From assembly GCA_028534125.1 (NCBI GenBank), contig CM052816.1:90088001-90152000 (forward strand): a DNA stretch of 64,000 nt, in the 5' to 3' direction. The notes beneath the pieces were generated by a model that was given only the letters and a program-made list of their open reading frames with translations, searched no databases and was not told the DNA's origin. The DNA is from Lama glama. Its lineage: Eukaryota. Both the position numbers and the translations under genes were made by a program. Below, one piece after another: positions 54,850 through 64,000 of this stretch (position 1 is the first letter of the stretch; every line of letters starts with the position of its first letter).

Positions 54850-55839
54850 TCTAAAATTTCCCAGATAAGTTTTTCAAATTACTGCCTGATGGTTTTGTTT
54901 ATTATCTACTGTCTGATGGGAGCCAAAGTTATTCTTTTACTTATTCTGAGAGAGAACGAATATAGAGCAGGAGTGAGAGTTAAATCTGTATGTATGTCTT
55001 TGTCTCTTACCTGAAATCTTCTGTCTGTGGTTAATCTTGTCTGACTTCTTTGATTCATAATTTGAATAAGTTGTTTTCAGTTTGTGTTATGTACAACACC
55101 ATAACAATATTAAGCCATTCAAAATATTTTTTAAAAGGAAATAAAACCGTATAGACACAGTGAAATTCAGTAAGGTGAACAGGTGATTCAATAAGGTGAA
55201 CAAATAATATGGAAAATTTTACTACAAAGTATTATAAAGATAAAAATAAATATATGTCAACATGTTAATGCTTTTTTATCCCAACAGATCTGAAATTGTT
55301 CCACCAAGCAGAGTGTTTTTCATATGGAGTATATACTGGTGTTAGCTGGGTAAATTATGAAATTACTGAAATTTGAGACTAGCTATGGCAAAATTTTTTT
55401 ATAAAGCCATATCTTGGTTTATCTCAGGCAGGTTTTCTAAAGTTACATTTCAGTCGTTAATTTATTAATTTATTGATTCATAATTATGCCTTCTTTCGAT
55501 ACACGTTTTCTGAGATTTGCTACGCATGATACATTTTTCTAGAACTGAGATTCCAAATCATTAAGACACCATCTTTGCATGAAGACATTTTACAAGCCGG
55601 CAGCAGAAACAGACATAAATATAAACAAATATTTTTAAGGGTGCTATGTAACACAATAAATAGAGGAATGATTTTAGACTTGCGCACAAGGCACAATGGT
55701 GACGGCGTGGTGTGGAGTGGGGAGGAGACCGAGCGCAGGTGTACTCGGAGGTACTGTGCGTTCCGTCCCAGACCACCGTCTTAAAGGGAAGGGTAATCCT
55801 CATCCTGTGACCGCCAGTTGCTGCTCAAATCTGTTAGTA

Positions 55840-56293
55840 CTAGTCCCACATGTGCTTTGTTAACCTTAATATTTTCTCTCTGGTGTGTACCACTTGCCAA
55901 AGCTGGCACCCGCATCTCTTTATGGCAAAGTTGTCCTTGGATGTCACTTTTCTGAGGTGAACCGAGAAGCACAGAGACTGGGAGCGTGTGCCTTCCTTCT
56001 GCCGGCACATTTTTTATCAAAACTGGGGAGAGTAGTGGGCTAGGAACCCTAGTTACCCGTCCCTGGTCTAGACATCTCTGATACTGGACTTTAATCCAGA
56101 GTTCTCCAGCGGGACTGAGCCAAAACTTCCCTCTGTGGGACTCAGCTTGAAAACACTCCCTTGTTTGACTTCTTTCCAATGTGTGCTTCCACTTCTCGAT
56201 TCCCCTACGGTTTTTTCTGGAAATGTCTCAGTAAATTACTTTCACATAAATCCGTGTTTCAGGGCCTGCTTGAGGGAAATCCGACCTATGACT
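55840..56293 (+). mobile_element. ERVL LTR (LTR33/LTR16-like)
   Basis: ccagagttctccagcgggactgagcc...agtaaattactttcacataaatccgtgtttcagggcctgcttgagggaaatccgacctatgac. Confidence 0.7.
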
Positions 56294-56794
56294 GTTGCCT
56301 TGGAAAATAATACACAGCCTTTCTGTAAGTCTATCGCAAGTAGAACTCCCATCCTCCTACTCAATCCATTCAAAAGATGTAGCGAGCACCTCATGGGGCA
56401 AGAGATGAGATTATGTTAATTAAATCTGAACTAACAGCCCTCCTACCCCACCGTTCTTGTATTCATAGGCTTGTTTCCTGTGTAAACAAATATGCATATG
56501 TATTTTTTCCTGCATATTATTTTGTACTTTGTTCCATCTTATAGAACTCATACCATTCATATTAAAAGAAAACCAAATCAATTTTGTCAAATATAGTAAG
56601 ATCTTGGAAAAATTTGAGGGCTCTATTTTTCATGAATTGCATAAATTCTGCCCAGAAATGCTAGACAAAGAGACAAGTGTTGACAGGGACTGATTGCTTA
56701 CTTAACAGGCAATTCCCTGTTCTCTAATAACTGAACTCCACATTGGTCCAAGAATCAGGCAGCAATCAGGAGGAGAGATGAGTCTGACTTCACT

Positions 56795-56828
56795 GTAACA
56801 TTGTACACTGACTATACTTCAATAAAAA
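56795..56828 (+). mobile_element. Very short L1 3' tail
   Basis: aacattgtacactgactatacttcaataaaaa. Confidence 0.6.
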
Positions 56829-57942
56829 GATACATTAAAAATTTTAACATAACTATTACAAGAAATAAGTGCAACAAAAGAAGTTAAAACTATAAAATTT
56901 ATATGTTATATAAAAGGAGTTTTGACTAAGTAAATACATATTTATGATTCTAAATCAGAAACTTGAATAATGTAATATATCATATCCCCATGCTAATAAT
57001 AGCTAATGAAATTATAAGCAAAATCCATTATTTAAAAATTTCATGAACTATCTAAGGTTCAATTAAAGAAACAGTTTCAAAGAAAGACATAATGAAAATG
57101 AAATGTGTCAATAACCCTGCCCTGGAAAATATTAACACATATTTTTTTAAAAGCACATTAATTAATGTGTTATAGGTGAGACAAGATAATCAATATCTCA
57201 GAATTGATAACTTAGATAGAGGCTATGTTTCTATTTAATAAATGTAAGAGAAACCTAATAATATCAATGGGATTGGATTGATTAATCAAGCAATTTTATA
57301 GGAAGAATTGATTAGGAGTTTAGGCCAACATCTACTCTGATTATGCTTACATTTACACCAAAATCAATCTCAGAAAAAAAGTTTATATTGACTTCTGGAT
57401 ATATAATGATTCATTAAATTTAAGTCCACTTGAAGACATTTGACCCTAAATAAAATTTTAACTCCAATATTAGTCAATTATTTGATACTTATTTTTATAT
57501 GTGGCTTGTTAAGTATTTAGAAATAACTAATTTAAATGTGAAACATAATTATCTGATCTTTATTCTTACTAGATTTTTTTCCCTTAAATATCAGAAATTT
57601 GGATCAAGTGAGCAGCTGAAGGCATCATAAGGTTGAGAACTGGATCCTTGTAAGCCATCTGGCTAATATAATTGGAAGAAAAATAAAGGATTGAAGAGCA
57701 AAAAGAACACAAGGGAAAACAAACATGTTAGAAATTTTTAAATATCCCAAAAGTAAAGCTGGTTAAAAATGATAGATTAACATTAAATTGCTTTGCCTTA
57801 CAGCTCAAGTAGAAGAAAAGCATTATTTAGCAAGTCTAATCTTGCATGTTTAAATTAGAATACTAATCCGAGTTATACATATTAAAACTTTCAATTGCCC
57901 TTTTCATTATTGAACTTCTATTTAGTATCATTTTTAGCTTTT

Positions 57943-59415
57943 CTTTTTTTTAAATTTGTTTTCTTTCAGTTTTATTGAAATTTTATTGAAAACACTGTAT
58001 CAATTTAAGGTGTTCAGCATAATGATTTGACTTACATCATGAAATTGTGACTACAATAAATTTAGTGAACATCCATCATCTCATAAATACAAAATAAAAG
58101 AAAAAAAATTTTTCCACTGATAAGAACTCTTAGGATTTATTCTCTTAACAACTTTCCTATATAACATGCAGCAGTGTTAATTATATTAACCATGTTTTAC
58201 ATTACATCCCTAGTACTTATTTAACTTATAAGTGGAAGTTTGTACCTTTTGACCACCTTCATCCAATCCCCCCGACTCCACCCCTGCCTCTGGTAACCAC
58301 AAATCTGATCTCTTTTCCTATGAGTTTGTTTGCTTCCTTGTTTGTTTTGAAGTATAGTCTTCCTACAACACCATGTTAGTTCCTGTTACATGACATTGTG
58401 ATTTGACATTCCTACACATTTCAAAATGGTCACTGTAAGTCTAGTTGCAACGTCACATAAAATTTGTTAAACAGTCTTTGACTATATTGACAAAGCACAT
58501 TTCATTCCTGTGACTCATTTATTTTGTAACTGCAAGTTTGTACTTCCTCTCCTTCATCTTTTTCTTTCCTCCCCTCTCCCTCCTCCCCTCTGGCAACTAT
58601 CTGTTTGTTCTCTGTATCTATGACTCTGTTTCTATTTTGTTATCTTTGTTCATTTGTATTCATCTTAGATTTCACATATAAGTGAAATCATAAGGTATTT
58701 GTCTTAGAATTATTTTACTTAGCATAATATCCTTTAGGCCCATCCATGTTGTCCCAAATGGCAAGATTCCATTCTTTTATATAGCTGAAATAATATTCCA
58801 TTATATATTATACATATTAATATATATAATGGAAATATTTTAAATACTCTTTGATTATATATATATATCACATCTATATTCATTTATCTATGGATGGGCA
58901 CTTAGGTTGCTTCCATACTTGGTTATTATGAATAATGCTGCAATGAACAAAGCAGTAGGAAGAGGCTGTCTTTTCTCCCATTGTATATTCTTGCCATCTT
59001 TATCGTAGGTTAATTGACCATGTAAATGTGGTTTCATTTCCGGGCTCTCTATTCTGTTCCATTGATCTCCATATTTGTTTTTGTGCTTGTATCATACTGT
59101 TTGGATGGCTATACCTTTGTAATCTAGTTTGAAATCAGAGAGCATGATACCTCCAGCTTTGTTCTTCTTTCTCAAGATTGTTTTGGCTGTTAAGGGTCTT
59201 TTACATTTCCATACAAATTTTAGAATCCTTTTTTTAGTTGTGTGAAACATGCCATTGGTATTTTGATAGGGATTGCATTGAATCTGTAGATTGCCTTGGA
59301 GATTATGGTCATTTTAACAATATTAATTCTTCCAGTTCACGAGCCCAGTATATCTTTTCAATTGTTTGTGTTGTCTTCATTTTTTTTTTACCAACATCAT
59401 AGTTTTCTGTACAGT
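57943..59415 (-). mobile_element. L1 (L1MA9-like) 3'UTR plus ORF2 piece with internal deletion
   Basis: ctctggtaaccacaaatctgatctcttt; gatgggcacttaggttgcttccata; jump at ~58955 into ORF2 (ttggtattttgatagggattgcattgaatctgtagattgc). Confidence 0.92.
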
Positions 59416-62121
59416 TTAGGTACAATTTTATAAGAGGAAGACTTCTGTGTAGTTCAGAACCATATTTATAGCAAAAGAATTTTTGTATCTGTAAGAATTC
59501 TGCATTTAAACATAAGAAGAAAATAAGTAATAATTTTCCTTTAGTCCAGTCTAGAACTATTATGTACTTCATAATAATAATAATTTTAAATAAAATTTTA
59601 TTATTGTTGCTATATACATCTATCATGCACATATACATACCTACAAATGTATAAGTATGGATCTGTTTTCTTATGTGTAAGACATATACATACACTCATA
59701 TAGAGAATGCTCAATGCACTTAACCTGCATAGGACTTATAATTAGATCTCAGATTATCAAGAAATGCATGGACTGTTATCTGTATTTACACTTGTACCTT
59801 AAATGCTTTGTATACAAAATATTTATTCAGTTAAAGTACAATGAAGGGGGAAATTTTTCTCAGCATCATTAATACTAAACACATCTCAAAGCCATGATTC
59901 TTATACTAGCTATATAGAATAATACATCAGTGCCCTCACCTAAAAATGTACGGAATAGAGTTAAATTATGTCTGCTAATTTCAGTAAAGAGTGAAGATTG
60001 CTCTTACATTCATCCATGTATTCATTCAACAAACAGTTTTGCAAAGATTACGATGAATCCGACATTGTGCTAGAGGGAGAGAATAGTGGAATTAGAAACA
60101 CCACCTACTTCTACATATTCATTGGCAAGATAACTGGAGAAGTGCTGAATAGACCCACTTTGTGAGTAGGCAAAGCTTGAGTAGTAGATAAAAGTAAAAA
60201 CAATTCTGATTACATATCAAAGAGACAAATGTCTCACTTATTGCTGACATAAGAAACCTGTTAATGCTCTCCTAAGGTATCAAGAAGTACAACTTTATAA
60301 AATGTTCAATTTTAGATTGCTCACCGATGGCAAGGCTGCTCCACTCATGGCATCCTCTACTTCTTTGAATCATTTATCAGGATTATATTTGAAATCCATG
60401 CTAAGGACATTGTATTTTGTTTGGTAGGCATTGGAAATATTTTAAATACTCTTTGATTTAAGAAGTGATATAATCATAAAATAGATACCAAGGAATATTA
60501 TTCAGAAAGAGATTTGAAGAATGGAATTAAAGATAAAAAGATAAAAGCCCCTGTCAACAGGGTATTTCTGTACTATAGATGCTAGGTTCAAGAGCACATC
60601 TCTTATGGCAAATAAAAGCCAAATAGGAAAGGATAAAATATCTCCAAAATTTTGAATCTGCATTACTCAGAGAATGCTATTCATTTTTTAAAATTATGCA
60701 AATTTAAGGGTGTTTGACTTTTTGTGTTTTTTATTTTGTTTTTAAGAAAAGAAAAACTGAGTTCAAGGCTGGATGTAAAATGATAAAGAAAAGAATACCC
60801 AAGTAATTTTGGTAATGAGCATTAATATTTTGAACTACTGACTATGTTTTAGGCACCAGTCTACGTGTTGATTTGCTGCTTGCCACAAGGTCATTTTTCA
60901 GATATGGCAACTGGAGCCCAAAGATGTAAAGTGTCCAGTGTTAGCTCATCACTGGTAGCACCAGGTCTGGAACATGGACATCTTGGCTATAAGAGATTGT
61001 GCTGTCATCCAATTTACCGTCCACAGATAAATATTTCAAGTCAGGTGTAAGGGAAGAGTGGGAGATGATGGATGCATAGACTATGGACAGAGGGAAAAAA
61101 ATACTTGTATAAGAGAATACAGTGCAGTCATTCTTAACAGTGGCCAACTGGGCAGTTTTACAATCAGATTCATGGGTCCAAACACTGGGGATCCTCTATC
61201 AGTAGGTTTTGAGTAGAAATTGACATGTCTATTTAAAAGAAGATCCCCAGTGATTCAGATTCACAGGCAGGATGAGAATCCAAATGAAGGGAGGAGAATC
61301 TAGACAGCAGAAAGTTAAACCTCAAGAATGGTCCACAGGCATTAGGAATACTATTTAATTACGTCATGAATTCTGTAATTCATCCCTACATCTCAAGTTT
61401 ATCAGAGAGTAACCCAGTTTAAGCTACATCCAGGGACACACCTTTTCTAAACGTTGAGTGAGGATTCTGGTCAAAGTCTGACTTTAAAGTCCACATTTTT
61501 CCCACTAGACTGGTGTTTCTTTGAGATCATGTTTTCAGAGTGCTAGAGTTCTACACAGTGTTCTTAGGGCCACCTTGGTGGAAGGGTGCAGAGTAAACAA
61601 AGGGAGGCAGAACAAGAACAGCTCAGATGCCTCCATTCCACTACCTTCTTAGACTTCAGTCACAGCACCTCTGCTACTATACAGTGGGATTCGGTCTAAT
61701 ATTTATTGTAAAAGATGTTTCAATGGCTAAAAAGAGTGTGAAAGTTACTGAATTAATCCAAGAAGACAAAGCAGGAACAATAACACATAGGGGTGTCCAG
61801 AAGATACTTGTACTTTATGTATGGGAAAGCTCTGTTTTAACCAACTTAGGCAAATCATTGAAAAATTTACAAATGCTATCAATTGTAAGAACATTTGAAA
61901 AATTTAATTCTCAGTAAAGCAATGCTATTGACACTGCTTCCTTTTATCAGAGAAATTACATTTCTTCCATAACTGAAAATTTTTTTTACAACCTCCTTTC
62001 ATTTTAGGACAAGATTTCTACTAACCTGTCATCATGTAGCACACTGTTAGGGGAAACCTTAGTACAAGAGATTCCAAACTGGCACCCAGATAAAAATGAG
62101 CTCCACTTCTATGTTGTGTTT

Positions 62122-62226
62122 GTAGGGTGACCATGTGATCTGCCGCATAAATGAAGATGCTTTAGAAAATGACCATGGACATGAAACCTGACAGTCCCAG
62201 GCATATGAGGATGTATGGTCATACTA
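62122..62226. mobile_element. MER81-like hAT-Blackjack MITE, apparently nested in a MER102-like element
   Basis: Imperfect TIRs tagggtgaccat / atggtcatacta; internal gacagtcccaggca. Confidence 0.7.
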
Positions 62227-63129
62227 CCTATACGGTTTACAGTTACCAAAAAGTTGTAAAACGTCGGGGGAACACTTTTATATGAATCAGGCCTTTCAGT
62301 TCACCAAAGTCCTCACCACTCCTTAGTGTTCACCTTTTTGTTACCTTCCTGATCCATATTTTATGCAAATAAAAATATGAATAGAAAACCATCCCTTTCT
62401 AAGAAAAGGCTGGATATATTGTGTGCTTATGTGTGTACATGCATGTGTGATTTTTTCAATCTGTTCACATAAAATCGGTTCTCACATATAATGGATAATC
62501 TTTCCTCTGCCTCGCATTACAAGGATTCTCATTCATTCTCTGCTATTACCCGAGCTCAAAATCTTTTGTTCTGCCCCAAAGAAACAGAATTCCATCTGAC
62601 CATACCTTCAGTGAAGTTAATATCTTGATTTCCATTATTCGCTCTTACTGGGCATTTAAAAGCCAACAACATACCTGTTGCTGGTGAACAATCAGAACAA
62701 TGTATCAGTAGATGTCTTAATACTTGGCCAAAATTTCTCCCACTTGACCTGTATTATACTTTTTAAGTGATGCCTAATTAAATACTAGCTTTATTAAATA
62801 TATCCATTATAAAATAAATGGAGTATTGCTAGCAAAATAGCCAATTTAGAGCTTTAGTGGTATACGGAACTATCAAGGTTGCTATAGAACCAAAACCTGT
62901 CTTTTATTTGAGGTACTTGAACATAAGCACAAAGCCACAAACAAGAGGATGAGACTGAGAATAATAAATTATGGAAATCAGAACTAATTGTGCTTTCAGG
63001 GGTTTGATAGATTATCCTCTTACACGAGGAGAGAAGAGCTGGGTTTTTGTTAGCGCAATGCTGAGATGAATTACCCATGACCTTATGTAAACTGAAAGCT
63101 TGTATTGACCTGTTGGAATGGGAAAGCCT

Positions 63130-63143
63130 GTAACCATGGCAAC
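63130..63143. promoter_or_regulatory. RFX X-box motif
   Basis: GTAACCATGGCAAC matches the palindromic X-box consensus GTNRCCATGGYAAC; motif only. Confidence 0.45.
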
Positions 63144-63774
63144 GGAGGACAAGTGAAATAGGTTTTTGCTGCAGTTATAAAAAAAAAGATGGAGAAGCCC
63201 TGGACTTTCCTCCTTCAAACTGTGATAAAGACAACCCAGGAAATAAAAACCACCATTTTTCTGCCTATGGTTTTTCCAGTCTTAAAATGCAAGTCATCAT
63301 TTGGATGGAAATTTCCACAGAGACAGACTGTGATCTGCAAATGTGGAGGAAGGGAAGTTAGGTTGTGAGGACTGGGAAAATGAAAAAGAACCAGAAAGAT
63401 GTAGAAGATCACAGGCAATGTCACTGATTTAAGAATTCATCCTTAGATGCACGTCACATGGAATTGCAGTTGAGGGTTGTATGTTTCAGAGTATCTAAAC
63501 ATGAGCCAACCAAAGGAGAAAATCATCAAGCCAATCCAAATTGCTATGCTGTATCTCTCTTTTATCTAAATAAAAGGGATAATAAGTGCAGTATATTTGT
63601 AACTATATCCAATCTTACTATGTTCTAAAATCAGTGATAAATGAATAATGATACATAAGGCTTTGAATTGTGATTCTATAAGGCTTAATAGTCAATATGA
63701 CTAATTCTCTTAATTCTTTTAAATCAGAATGTTATCATATATCTTTCAAAAATTGTTTTTAAAGCTTAGCAAAT

Positions 63775-63988
63775 TTTATTTTATTTTATTTTTATTTACT
63801 TATTTTTAATTGAAGCATAGTTGATTTACAATGGTGCATTAATTTCTGGTGTACAGCATAGTGATTCAGTTATATATATATATATATGTGTATATTCTTT
63901 TCTTTTTCATTCTAGGTTATTACAGAATGCTGAATATAGTTCCCTGGCTATGCAGTAGGTCCTTGCTGTTTATCTATTTTATATATAG
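63775..63988 (-). mobile_element. Lineage-type L1 3' end
   Basis: (TTTTA)n tail then tgaagcatagttgatttacaatg...ggtgtacagcatagtgattcagt...aatatagttccctggctatgcagtaggtccttg. Confidence 0.9.
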
Positions 63989-64000
63989 GAGTTTCAAAGA

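Noticed and set aside
59309..59695. 128-aa minus ORF
   Set aside because: Low-complexity AT-rich sequence running into decayed L1 ORF2
1..64000. Possible L1/LTR orientation bias indicating host-gene strand
   Set aside because: A rough count shows only a modest excess of minus-oriented elements; too weak to infer a strand

Overview
AT-rich, CpG-depleted mammalian genomic DNA, most likely from a camelid (inferred from two tRNA-derived SINEs and L1 3' ends that resemble camel/alpaca elements as I recall them). It contains one 500-N scaffold gap (13147-13646). I recognise no protein-coding gene, RNA gene or multi-gene system. The listed ORFs are short and look like chance, repeat-derived or N-gap artefacts. 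The window reads as intronic or intergenic DNA layered with interspersed repeats: L1, L2, MIR, MLT1/MaLR and ERVL LTRs, a decayed ERVL-type provirus with protease-region remnants, ERV1-like solo LTRs and hAT DNA transposons. Repeat subfamily names come from memory of consensus sequences, and boundaries are approximate unless a target-site duplication (TSD) is given. The best leads are: (i) a frame-preserving 18-bp degenerate minisatellite that reads as a mucin-like Thr/Ser/Asn-rich peptide (41.9-42.1 kb); (ii) three candidate minus-strand alternative first exons (~1.8, ~19.5, ~22.8 kb); (iii) two DNA-repair/template-switch scars (a perfect 18-bp hairpin at 54.8 kb and a 27-bp templated insertion at 58.8 kb); (iv) a 5'-inverted L1; (v) RFX, NF-Y/Sp1 and E-box/ETS motif clusters and a small CpG-rich patch. 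None of these amounts to a demonstrated novel system.
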